DNA of 11,836 nucleotides from Candidatus Thorarchaeota archaeon (lineage in GTDB: Archaea; Asgardarchaeota; Thorarchaeia; Thorarchaeales; Thorarchaeaceae). The position numbers were made by a program, and so were the translations under genes. Of the stretch, positions 1 through 8,301 are shown piece by piece (positions within the stretch are counted from its first letter, which is position 1; the number at the start of each line of letters is the position of its first letter). The notes under the pieces were generated by a model, which was not told the DNA's origin, did not search any database, and saw nothing but the letters and a program-made list of their open reading frames with translations. The stretch is from NCBI GenBank assembly GCA_038893995.1, contig JAWAQK010000065.1, positions 1-11,836 of the forward strand, in the 5' to 3' direction.

Positions 1-9
1 TAAGCGGTC

Positions 10-1233
10 GTGGCCGACTACGACAGGATCTACCAGAAGATACTGCATGCTCGAGATGTGCTGTCACGCACCATCAGTCCCACGGCACTCGTTCGATCAT
101 CAACATTCAGTAGACTTGCAGGTGGGGAAGTCTACCTCAAGTTGGAGAATCTTCAGAAGACGGGCTCGTTCAAGGTCAGGGGTGCCACCTACGCCATTTC
201 TCAGCTGACCGACGAACAGAAGCGCTGGGGGGTCATAGCTGCATCAGCAGGAAACCATGCTCAGGGAGTGGCCTTTGCCGCATCAAGCCTGGGAGTGAGT
301 TCCACTGTCGTGATGCCCATGTTCACCCCGATCGCCAAGGTAAAGGCCACTCAGAGTTACGGAGCGGAAGTGATACTCCATGGTGACACATTCGACGAGG
401 CATTGGCCAGGGCTCGAGAGATAGCCGAAGAGAAGCATCTGACGTTCATGCACCCGTTCAACGATGAGAACGTGATAGCAGGACAGGGCACGATCGGACT
501 GGAGATCCTTGAAGATGTCCCTGATGTCGAGATGGTAGCCGTGCCAGTCGGTGGCGGCGGACTTGCCTCAGGTGTTGCAATTGCCATAAAGCATAGTCGG
601 CCTGACGTCAGCATAGTCGGAGTGCAATCATCAGGAGCACCGTCCCTCAAGACGTCTTTCGAGAGAGGGACACCTACCCTCCTCGACGGCATCGACACCA
701 TATGTGATGGAATAGCTGTCAAGAAACCGGGTGATCTGACCTTTGAGATCACAAGAAACCTGCTAGATTCTGTAGTGACAGTCGATGACCTCGAAGTGAC
801 TAGGACCATGTTCCTTCTCCTCGAACGGGCGAAACTCGTGGCAGAGCCGGCAGGATCAGTAGGTCTCGCGGCCCTGGTCCATCAGAAGGTCGATCTACGG
901 GGCAGAAAGGCAGTGGCCGTGATCTCGGGCGGGAACGTCAACATGTCGTTCCTTGCCGAGTGCGTTCAGAAAGAGCTGTTTAGGACAGGACGACTGGTCA
1001 GAGTACGTGGACAACTGCAGGACAGGCCAGGCAGCCTCAACAGAGTCCTGGAATGTGTTGCAGAGGCAAGAACCAGCGTGATCGACATTGAACATGACAG
1101 GAGCGACCCTGATGTCCCTCCCAATCGGGCGGAGGTTATCATGGTCCTCGAAGTCCCCGACACTTCTACGCTAGAAAGACTGATGTCACAACTTGAGGCG
1201 AGAGGAATGCACTTCGAACCCTACGAGGACTGA
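10..1233 (+). CDS. ilvA: Threonine ammonia-lyase (threonine dehydratase), PLP-dependent, single C-terminal ACT domain form
   Basis: 407 aa, GTG start. Contains KLENLQKTGSFKVRGA (PLP lysine), ASAGNHAQGVA, HPFND..VIAGQGTIGLE, PVGGGGL, DGIAVK, EPAG and ISGGN, plus an ACT-like tail starting DRPGSL. Confidence 0.95.
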   Translation: MADYDRIYQKILHARDVLSRTISPTALVRSSTFSRLAGGEVYLKLENLQKTGSFKVRGATYAISQLTDEQKRWGVIAASAGNHAQGVAFAASSLGVSSTVVMPMFTPIAKVKATQSYGAEVILHGDTFDEALARAREIAEEKHLTFMHPFNDENVIAGQGTIGLEILEDVPDVEMVAVPVGGGGLASGVAIAIKHSRPDVSIVGVQSSGAPSLKTSFERGTPTLLDGIDTICDGIAVKKPGDLTFEITRNLLDSVVTVDDLEVTRTMFLLLERAKLVAEPAGSVGLAALVHQKVDLRGRKAVAVISGGNVNMSFLAECVQKELFRTGRLVRVRGQLQDRPGSLNRVLECVAEARTSVIDIEHDRSDPDVPPNRAEVIMVLEVPDTSTLERLMSQLEARGMHFEPYED

Positions 1234-1280
1234 AAGATGACCCCACCGTCGATTTCTAGGGTACAGCCCCCTGTCAACAC

Positions 1281-2531
1281 TCACCATGAGAACAGGGTGA
1301 AGAAGGCCATGTAGACGAGGATATTGAGGACCGTGAGTGGGACTCCAACCCTCATGAACTCTGCGAGGGTGATCGTGATGTCGGCCTTGTCCTCGGCATT
1401 CTGAATCACAATGACATTGCTGGCGGCACCGAGGATCGTCAGGTTCCCGGCAATGGTACTTCCTGCTGCAAGCGCAACCAGCTCAACTGGCCCCGCCCCG
1501 GCATGGAGCAGCAGAGGAAGGTAAAGAGCAACAAGGGGAACATTAGATATCAACTGGCTCACAGTCACACTGAACAGGAATATCATGGGAATTGAAACGA
1601 TGTCGATATGGGTTGACTCAAGCAGGGCCTGGAATACTCCAGAGTCCCACACGCTCTGCATCAGTACGAACATCGCAGCAAAGAAAATGAGAGTCTTCCA
1701 GTCAACACGTCTGAGCAGTTGGAAACGGTGGGGACCTGCCAGCAACACAGGGGCAGCAGAGGCAAGAGCTATGTAAGTGAGTCTGAAATCGACTGGTATT
1801 GCAAGCGAGACCAGGATGACCTTCACACATATCATGAGGAGGAGTATGATCAGGGAAATCCTGCACGCCCTGGCCTGACGATGATTCAGCACGGTCTGCC
1901 CCACCTGGTCGTCGATGACACAACACTCCAGGTCAGACTTGAAGAGCAGCTTGAGCAGCACGAAGGCTACGATGAGATTCGCCACGGTGGGGAGGAGTAG
2001 TATCATGAAGAAGGTCACAAATGGCGCTTCCATCCCGCCATTGATGGCAATGAGCAAGTTCTGTGGATTTCCGATCGGACTCATGGCACTCCCAATGGTC
2101 ACCGCATACGCAAGTCCAAGCAGCAGTATCTTGGAGTTCATTCTGTGGACCTTTGCCAGAAACAGGACTAGAGGGGTCCCGATGATGGCCAGGGTGTCGT
2201 TCATGAGTATGGCCGATGCGAAGCCTGCCGAGAACAGGAGTAGCAACAGTACCTGATCTCCGTTCCTTGCATGTCGGAATATCCTGTGCGAGATGTGCAG
2301 AAGATAGCCGCTGTCTTCGAGTGCAACTCCCAGAACAAACATCCCAAAGAGGAATAGCATCACATCCATGTTTATTGAGATCAGGGCATCTACGATCGAG
2401 ATCTGTCCAGTAATGAGCACGGCCAGTGCGCCCATGCCCATGACCTGCCATATCTCGACATGGTGGCTCCCAATACGTCTCGCTGCAATGAGGATGAACA
2501 CGATGAGTACCACGAGAAGTGGGAGAAGCAT
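1281..2531 (-). CDS. IT-superfamily anion/ion transporter (ArsB/NhaD/CitMHS family, YbiR-like)
   Basis: 416 aa, polytopic and hydrophobic. Family motifs SAILMNDT, TIGSAMSPIGNPQN, VDWKTLIFFAAMF, SQLISNVP and GSTIAGNLTILGAASN. GAGGAGG ribosome-binding site upstream of the ATG. Confidence 0.9.
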   Translation of the reverse strand: MLLPLLVVLIVFILIAARRIGSHHVEIWQVMGMGALAVLITGQISIVDALISINMDVMLFLFGMFVLGVALEDSGYLLHISHRIFRHARNGDQVLLLLLFSAGFASAILMNDTLAIIGTPLVLFLAKVHRMNSKILLLGLAYAVTIGSAMSPIGNPQNLLIAINGGMEAPFVTFFMILLLPTVANLIVAFVLLKLLFKSDLECCVIDDQVGQTVLNHRQARACRISLIILLLMICVKVILVSLAIPVDFRLTYIALASAAPVLLAGPHRFQLLRRVDWKTLIFFAAMFVLMQSVWDSGVFQALLESTHIDIVSIPMIFLFSVTVSQLISNVPLVALYLPLLLHAGAGPVELVALAAGSTIAGNLTILGAASNVIVIQNAEDKADITITLAEFMRVGVPLTVLNILVYMAFFTLFSW

Positions 2532-2710
2532 GGGCCCCTCCTCGATGTGCGTCTATTGAACGTGACTGTAGGTACGCGGCCTGCATGAGAGTCCATAGCG
2601 GCGGTTCGCTGCGTCCGGAGTTCCAGAGCAGCTTGGTCATCGATTCGAGAGCTTGCTACGTCTCCGGACCTTACCAAGGTCATTGAACACTGCAGCATGT
2701 TGGACGGTTG

Positions 2711-2741
2711 TGACAGTGACCGAGCCGAAGTCACTCTGTCA
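2711..2741. repeat. Inverted repeat/hairpin overlapping the stop codon of transporter B
   Basis: TGACAG-TGAC cgagccgaa GTCA-ct-CTGTCA: 10 paired positions with a 2-nt bulge and no U-tract. Confidence 0.45.
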
Positions 2742-4116
2742 AGTACCTCTTCATGGCTATTAGGGATGGAACAACAACACCGACAAGGACCACTACGGCC
2801 CACACGGGACCCAGAATTGCAAGTATGAACAGGTAAGCGCTACTGACTCCAAGGTGGAAGAGCCCGAGAGGTACTGTCAGTCTGAGCAACGCCCTCAGGT
2901 GGATTCTGCCGCCATGTTCATCGGACACTCCAAGGATGAATGCACTGGTCGCACCACCCATTGGAACAAGGTAGCTTGCGGTATTGGTACCAACGATGAG
3001 TGCAAGCGGTACGAGGGTGTTACCGTGACCCAATGTCATTGCCAGCTCGCTGAAGAGCACAGAGATTGGAATGCTGTCGACAGGAGACAAGAGAGTTCCG
3101 GGAACCCATGCGAGGAGCGCTATCTCAAGCAACTCGTTGTTTCCCGTGGCCGCATTGACGGCGAATGAGAGGTCAGAAGTAAACCCAGTGAGCCTGAGGG
3201 CCTCGACCAGACCCACAATGGCAATTATGTAGAACACAGCATCCCATGACAGTTCCTGCAGGAGCGATCCGGCTCGGTCTCTGGACAGCATCAGCATCAC
3301 GGATGCCAGTGTCAGCGCAATCAGCCCAGGACTGATTCCGAGACTCGGAGCGCCAAGAAACCCGAGGATCAGGATACCCATTCCAATCACAGATGTGGCA
3401 AAATCACGTCCATTTCGAATCATGGAATACGTGGCGACATCGTGGACCTTGAACAGTGACGATCCCGGCTCACCTAGACTGCTCCTGTAGAAACGGAGGA
3501 GGATGGGGATCGTGGCGACGAAGAGAGCAACTGACAGTGGCAACAGGATGACGACCCACGCTACTAGGTCGAAGGAGAATGCCGGATCGCTCAGTCTGAA
3601 CTCCTGTGCAGCGAACGCTATCACGACGTTCTGAATACTTCCCACTGGCGAGGGCACGGAGGCGAAATTTGCCACTACGAACTCGGACACCAGTAATGGC
3701 TCGAAATCTATGTCGAGTAGTCTACATACCTGGATGGTGAACGGAGCCATGATGAGCATCGTTGGAAATGGGTCGAAGAACAGGGATATGATGAAGATAA
3801 AGGTCAAGAAGGAGACGTATACTCTCTTCGGATCGTTTCCAGCGAGGTGTGCAGTTTGCAGGGCCAGATACTGGAAGAGTCCGCTGGAACCTGCGACGGA
3901 AACGATTATCAGTGTCGCAGTGACAAACAGGACTGCATCCCACGAGAAGGTCTTCACATATTCCTCAAATGTGAGGCCCGTGCCGACCATCGCCACTACA
4001 CCTGACAGTGCCATCCCGAAGAGTGCCATGGCGGCCATGTCGATCTTCTTTGACACAATCAGGGTCACCGTCACTATGAAGATGAGCAGGACAATTGAGC
4101 CCCACGGTAGGATCAT
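2731..4116 (-). CDS. IT-superfamily (ArsB/NhaD/P-protein-like) transporter, divergent paralog B
   Basis: Hydrophobic ORF with SWDAVLFV, SGLFQYLA, SLFFDPFPTM, ANFASVPSPVGSIQN and VDSIP. Start placed at ATG 4116 because it forms an ATGA overlap with the upstream stop (4113-4115) and follows GGAGGAGGT; the ORF track uses 4134. Confidence 0.85.
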   Translation of the reverse strand: MILPWGSIVLLIFIVTVTLIVSKKIDMAAMALFGMALSGVVAMVGTGLTFEEYVKTFSWDAVLFVTATLIIVSVAGSSGLFQYLALQTAHLAGNDPKRVYVSFLTFIFIISLFFDPFPTMLIMAPFTIQVCRLLDIDFEPLLVSEFVVANFASVPSPVGSIQNVVIAFAAQEFRLSDPAFSFDLVAWVVILLPLSVALFVATIPILLRFYRSSLGEPGSSLFKVHDVATYSMIRNGRDFATSVIGMGILILGFLGAPSLGISPGLIALTLASVMLMLSRDRAGSLLQELSWDAVFYIIAIVGLVEALRLTGFTSDLSFAVNAATGNNELLEIALLAWVPGTLLSPVDSIPISVLFSELAMTLGHGNTLVPLALIVGTNTASYLVPMGGATSAFILGVSDEHGGRIHLRALLRLTVPLGLFHLGVSSAYLFILAILGPVWAVVVLVGVVVPSLIAMKRYLTE

Positions 4117-5537
4117 CTTATCGACCTCCTCCATCGACCGGTCCTACTGGAAGATGTCTCCTCCGGACCTCCGTTTCTGAGGCCTATTGTAGCGAGCTGA
4201 CGTTTTATTACAAACAGACTGATTGCCATCACAATCACACAAAAGATAAGTCCAGCTGTGAGTGCCAAGAAGAAGTATAGAGTGGTCATGGTGAGGTGTA
4301 GGAACCCGAGCGGGGTGGCGAAGCGAGCAAGATCCAGGAGCCTCAAAGGTCTGCCAGCCCTTCTAGTCTCGTTCACGGCAACTATTATCGATGCATCACC
4401 AATCGGGACAAGATAGACACCTATGTTAGTCCCCACAATCAACGAGTATGGTACGAGGAGATTGATCAGTTTGAACTTCTCTGCCAGGGGAGCAAGTAGG
4501 GCCGCAAGTGGCACGTTATCGACCATAGAGAAGCCTACACCAGGAATCCACAGCATGAACAGGACCGCAATGTACGGGTTGTCTCCCACCAATGTACTGA
4601 CGCCCGTGACAAGAGTCTCTACAATCCCCGTTGTATTGAGCGCAGTTATTACGCCGAATAGCCCCACGAGGAAGAAAACAGTGTCCCATGAGAGTTGTCG
4701 CAAGAGTTTCTTGGCGTTCCTGTGAGTGAACACGAGCATCATGGATGCGACGACGAGTGCGACAAGACTGGGCTCCAGCTGTATCACAAATCCTGTCAGA
4801 AGTATTGCCATGCAGACTGCTGAGAGATAGAAGTCGCGTCTGCTCTTTATCATCTGCGCAGGCTCCAGCATCATCAGGAGAGTCGCATCGTAGTTGGCTG
4901 CATGCACAAGATCAGCGCGGTAATGTCTGATCAAGAGCGGCATCGTCACCGCATACAGAGTCACGGACAGGGGGAGGTTGGTGATGAACATCAATCCGGC
5001 ATCGACCTTTGCGGTGAGTACGACGACCATGTTTGGTACTGCACCGACTACTGATGGAAAGGACGCAAATACTGCCACGACTATCTCTGCCGTCAGCACC
5101 GGACGTGGGTCCACATTGATCGCCCTACATATCTCGACGGTAAACGGGGCCATGACGATCATCGTGGGCAGGGGATCGAGGAACAACGATATGACAAAGA
5201 CGAATATAGTGAACATCCACAGCAGACTGAGCGGATTACCCCTGGATCGCTTCGCGAGTATCAGAGCTACGTACTGGAACATTCCGCTCGAACTCGCCAC
5301 CGATACCACAATCATCATTGCAGCAACAAATAGCACAGTGTCCCAGCTGATGTTCCCGACAAAAGAGGTAAAGCTCTCATTGTAGTTGGGACTGAAGAAG
5401 ACCACAGCACTCGACATGCACAGGGCAAGCAAGGCGGTCGCAGTGGCATCAAACTTGTCAAACAGGAGGATCAGGAGCGTTGCGGCAAAGATCATGATAA
5501 TGATGATTCCTTCAATTGTGAGACCCACGCCCTGCAT
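4113..5537 (-). CDS. IT-superfamily (ArsB/NhaD/P-protein-like) transporter, divergent paralog A
   Basis: 474 aa and hydrophobic, with SWDTVLFV, SGMFQYVA, SLFLDPLPTM, SWDTVFFLVGLF, VDNVP and GTNIG..VPIGDAS. Collinear with the 2731-4116 protein. Confidence 0.85.
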   Translation of the reverse strand: MQGVGLTIEGIIIIMIFAATLLILLFDKFDATATALLALCMSSAVVFFSPNYNESFTSFVGNISWDTVLFVAAMMIVVSVASSSGMFQYVALILAKRSRGNPLSLLWMFTIFVFVISLFLDPLPTMIVMAPFTVEICRAINVDPRPVLTAEIVVAVFASFPSVVGAVPNMVVVLTAKVDAGLMFITNLPLSVTLYAVTMPLLIRHYRADLVHAANYDATLLMMLEPAQMIKSRRDFYLSAVCMAILLTGFVIQLEPSLVALVVASMMLVFTHRNAKKLLRQLSWDTVFFLVGLFGVITALNTTGIVETLVTGVSTLVGDNPYIAVLFMLWIPGVGFSMVDNVPLAALLAPLAEKFKLINLLVPYSLIVGTNIGVYLVPIGDASIIVAVNETRRAGRPLRLLDLARFATPLGFLHLTMTTLYFFLALTAGLIFCVIVMAISLFVIKRQLATIGLRNGGPEETSSSRTGRWRRSIR

Positions 5538-5560
5538 GGTGTCGGAATATCACGAAGGGA

Positions 5561-5568
5561 TTCTTAAG
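5561..5568 (-). promoter_or_regulatory. Candidate archaeal TATA box (CTTAAGAA) for the transporter operon, possibly leaderless
   Basis: AT-rich box centred about 27 nt upstream of ATG 5537. No obvious ribosome-binding site precedes that ATG. Confidence 0.4.
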
Positions 5569-5706
5569 CATCGTCATCCTCGGCCAATGTCAGACCCCGT
5601 AATGATCCAGATCATGCAGTCTGAGGACCCACTCGCCTCAAGACAGCAGGCCAGCCTCGTGAGAGGCGGCAGGACCAATCGGAAAGCCGTATTGCAATAT
5701 ACACGT

Positions 5707-5721
5707 GAGAACTGTTTTATG
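5707..5721 (+). promoter_or_regulatory. Candidate BRE/TATA element (GAGAACTG-TTTTATG) for the hydrogenase catalytic operon
   Basis: TTTTAT at 5715-5720, preceded by a purine-rich stretch, about 50 nt upstream of ATG 5768. Confidence 0.4.
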
Positions 5722-5767
5722 CCCTGAAGTTAACTCCACACCACAGCATGCAGAGAGAGTGCGATCG

Positions 5768-6187
5768 ATGAATGCGCTGAAGAGGAGCCGACTGAAGTCC
5801 CCGTGGGTGTTCCAGTTGAACACAGGATCATGCAATGGTTGTGACATAGAGATCGTCGCAGCACTCGCTCCAAGATACGATATCGAGCAGTTGGGATGCC
5901 AACTAGTTGGCACACCGAGACATGCAGATGTCCTGTTGGTCACAGGACCGATGACCAGGCAGATGGTGAAACGTGCAATGAGAGTCTACGACCAGGTGCC
6001 GGAACCAAAGGTCGTAGTCGCCATTGGGGCGTGCGCAATATCGACAGGTCCCTTTTTCGGGAGCGACATGGTCGAGGGCCCTGTTGACAGGTTGCTACCA
6101 GTCGATGCGTACGTGCCTGGGTGCCCTCCGAGCCCCGACGCAATCATGGAGGGTGTCGTGATGGCAATCTCGAAGAAATACGGGTGA
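5768..6187 (+). CDS. Group 4 [NiFe]-hydrogenase small subunit (NuoB/HycG/MbhJ/EchC family)
   Basis: Contains GSCNGCDIE, PRYDIEQLG, PRHADVLLVTGP, PEPKVVVAIGAC and PVDAYVPGCPP, giving four Cys for one [4Fe-4S] cluster. ATG 5768 is preferred over GTG 5705 because family similarity begins just after it. Confidence 0.95.
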   Translation: MNALKRSRLKSPWVFQLNTGSCNGCDIEIVAALAPRYDIEQLGCQLVGTPRHADVLLVTGPMTRQMVKRAMRVYDQVPEPKVVVAIGACAISTGPFFGSDMVEGPVDRLLPVDAYVPGCPPSPDAIMEGVVMAISKKYG

Positions 6188-6197
6188 GGTTTGAATC

Positions 6198-7319
6198 ATG
6201 GACGATACAGTTCAACAGACTCACAAGGTCCGCATTCCAGTGGGGCCAGTCCATCCGTCTCTCAAGGAGCCGGCTCAGTTCAACATAGTACTCAGGAGGG
6301 AACACATTGGGCAGGTCGATCTTCGTGTTGGCTTCGCTCATCGGGGAATAGAGGTACTCGCGCAGAAACGCAACCTGATGCAGAACATCCTGCTTGCAGA
6401 GAGAATCTGTGGCATCTGCTCAAACTGCCATGCGATGTGTTATGTGAATGCGATCGAGGAGATAGGACAGCTGGAGGTCCCCGAGCGTGCACAGTACATC
6501 CGCGTGCTCGTGTCTGAACTCGAACGTATACAGAGTCACACCCTATGGCTCGGATTCGTCGCATATCAGATCGGGCTTGACACGCTCTTCATGTACGGTA
6601 TGAAACACAGGGAGCGTATCAACGACCTCTTTGAGGAACTCACCGGTAATCGCGTCCATTACGGCATGAACACGATCGGCGGAGTACGCAGGGACATCAG
6701 CCCGGATGCACGTGACAAGGTCCTTTCAGTACTCAGAGACTTTGAGAAGGCTGCCAGGTTCATCGGGGATGCCTTCTCAACAGGGACGACCGAGAAGAGA
6801 CTAAGTGGATTAGGAGAGATACCCTCCAGGGTGGCCAGTGAACTCTGTCTGGTGGGACCCACGGCAAGAGCCTCAGGGATACACTCGGACATCCGCAAGG
6901 ATGAACCCTATGCGGCATATGGAGCATTGAAGGACACATTCAAGGTCGTCACCGCCACGGAAGGAGACTGTCTTGCTCGTGTCAGGGTCAGGTATCTCGA
7001 GCTGTTTGAGTCCATAGAGATCCTCAGAGCCCTGCTCGACCAGATGCCTGGCGGTCCTATCGTGACCGAGGGCAGTGAACAGAAACGTATGAGAAGTATA
7101 CCGGAGGGTGAGGCAGTTGCACGGGTTGAGGCGCCAAGGGGAGAACTCATTCACTATGTCCGTACAAATGGCAAGAGTGGCATTCATAGGCTGAAAGTCA
7201 GAGCTCCGACCCTGGCGAATCTCGTGAGTCTCACTAGGACACTGGTAAACGCAGAGGTGGCAGACATACCTGTCATCACAGCATCCATTGACCCGTGTAT
7301 CAGTTGTACCGACAGGTGA
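6198..7319 (+). CDS. Group 4 [NiFe]-hydrogenase large (catalytic) subunit, NuoD-like
   Basis: 373 aa with GPVHPSLKEP, HRGIE, L1 motif RICGICSNCH (from 6402), ELERIQSH, GNRVHY, GPTARASG, EAPRGE and L2 motif DPCISCTDR* (7290-7319). GAGGT ribosome-binding site at 6186-6190. Confidence 0.96.
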   Translation: MDDTVQQTHKVRIPVGPVHPSLKEPAQFNIVLRREHIGQVDLRVGFAHRGIEVLAQKRNLMQNILLAERICGICSNCHAMCYVNAIEEIGQLEVPERAQYIRVLVSELERIQSHTLWLGFVAYQIGLDTLFMYGMKHRERINDLFEELTGNRVHYGMNTIGGVRRDISPDARDKVLSVLRDFEKAARFIGDAFSTGTTEKRLSGLGEIPSRVASELCLVGPTARASGIHSDIRKDEPYAAYGALKDTFKVVTATEGDCLARVRVRYLELFESIEILRALLDQMPGGPIVTEGSEQKRMRSIPEGEAVARVEAPRGELIHYVRTNGKSGIHRLKVRAPTLANLVSLTRTLVNAEVADIPVITASIDPCISCTDR

Positions 7320-7336
7320 AACGACGAGGTGGCACC

Positions 7337-8290
7337 ATGATCAATGAGATACTGCTCGCTCTGGGCATCGCGAGCTTCTTTCCCATGGTGGTGGGTGTGT
7401 CACTGATCTTCGATGGCGTGGACCGCAAACTGCACGCTCGTATGCAGAACAGAGTTGGACCTCCGCTGTTGCAGCCTTTCTATGACATCATCAAGCTCTT
7501 CGGCAAAGAACAGCTGGTGCCCGAGACATCGGCTAAATCAATATTTGTCACTGCTCCGCTGGTAGCAGTAGCCTGTCCCATAGTCAGTTCTGTGATGACC
7601 GTGGTCATTGCCACCCTGCACATACGCGTGGAGGGAGACATAGTCTTGATGATCTACCTCCTCACAATGCCTGCACTCATGTTTGCAGTCGCCGGCGCCT
7701 CGTCAGGTAATCCGTATGGGGCAATTGGATTCTCGAGGGCCATTCTCCTGATAATCAGCTACGAGCTGGCCATGATAATGTCTCTGCTCCTGGCTGTACT
7801 CAAGACAGGGACGGCCCTTGCGAGCTATGCTGTGATAGAGGCGCAGTATTCACTTGGGAATGCGCTAGCACTATCATACCCGAGCATGTTTGTTGCCGCG
7901 TTGGTCTTTCTCTCATGCATTCCCGCTGCCATGTCAGTGGTCCCATTCGACACTCCAGTCGCCAAGACTGAAATTGCGCATGGCACCCTCATAGAGTACA
8001 CCGGAAGTAATCTGGCATTCATGAAGCTGGCAAAGTCGGTGCTCTGCTTCAATCTCACTTTTCTTGCTACAGTGGTGTTCTTCAACCAACCAATTCTGTT
8101 CAGCTGGTTTCCCGGAGCACTGTCGCTTATCCCTAGAATGGGCGTAGCGCTGTTGTTGATGGTGATCACAGTAACACTGCCCAGAACAGTACTTGCCAGG
8201 TCGAAACCGCATCAGGTGCTGGATTTCTACTGGAAGATCTCGACTCCGCTTGTGTTTCTCGCGGCCATACTTGTCGTTATGAATCTCTAG
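7337..8290 (+). CDS. NuoH/HycD/HyfC/MbhM-family membrane subunit
   Basis: Contains GVDRKLHARMQNRVGPPLLQPFYDIIKLFGKE, SSGNPYGAIGFSR, SYE and PFD...EI..G.LIEYTG. Start set at ATG 7337, 6 nt after GAGGT; the track start at 7295 lies inside the large-subunit gene. Confidence 0.93.
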   Translation: MINEILLALGIASFFPMVVGVSLIFDGVDRKLHARMQNRVGPPLLQPFYDIIKLFGKEQLVPETSAKSIFVTAPLVAVACPIVSSVMTVVIATLHIRVEGDIVLMIYLLTMPALMFAVAGASSGNPYGAIGFSRAILLIISYELAMIMSLLLAVLKTGTALASYAVIEAQYSLGNALALSYPSMFVAALVFLSCIPAAMSVVPFDTPVAKTEIAHGTLIEYTGSNLAFMKLAKSVLCFNLTFLATVVFFNQPILFSWFPGALSLIPRMGVALLLMVITVTLPRTVLARSKPHQVLDFYWKISTPLVFLAAILVVMNL

Positions 8291-8301
8291 GTGATGTGAA
8301 G

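Noticed and set aside
2585-2625. Minus-strand AACCGC...GCTATGGACTCTC resembling the 3' half of a fluoride (crcB) riboswitch
   Set aside because: The required 5' GGnGAUGGnGUUCnCC stem is absent.
1933-2803. Alternative-frame ORFs 1933-2640 and 2390-2803 (-) covering the spacer
   Set aside because: They overlap real transporter genes out of frame and show no motifs.
1281-5537. Arsenic-resistance operon (arsB)
   Set aside because: Similarity is only at superfamily level, and no arsR, arsC or arsA is in the window.
7290-7340. Selenocysteine or read-through at the large-subunit TGA
   Set aside because: All metal ligands are ordinary Cys codons, the TGA falls after the motif, the next gene has its own ribosome-binding site, and no convincing SECIS is present.
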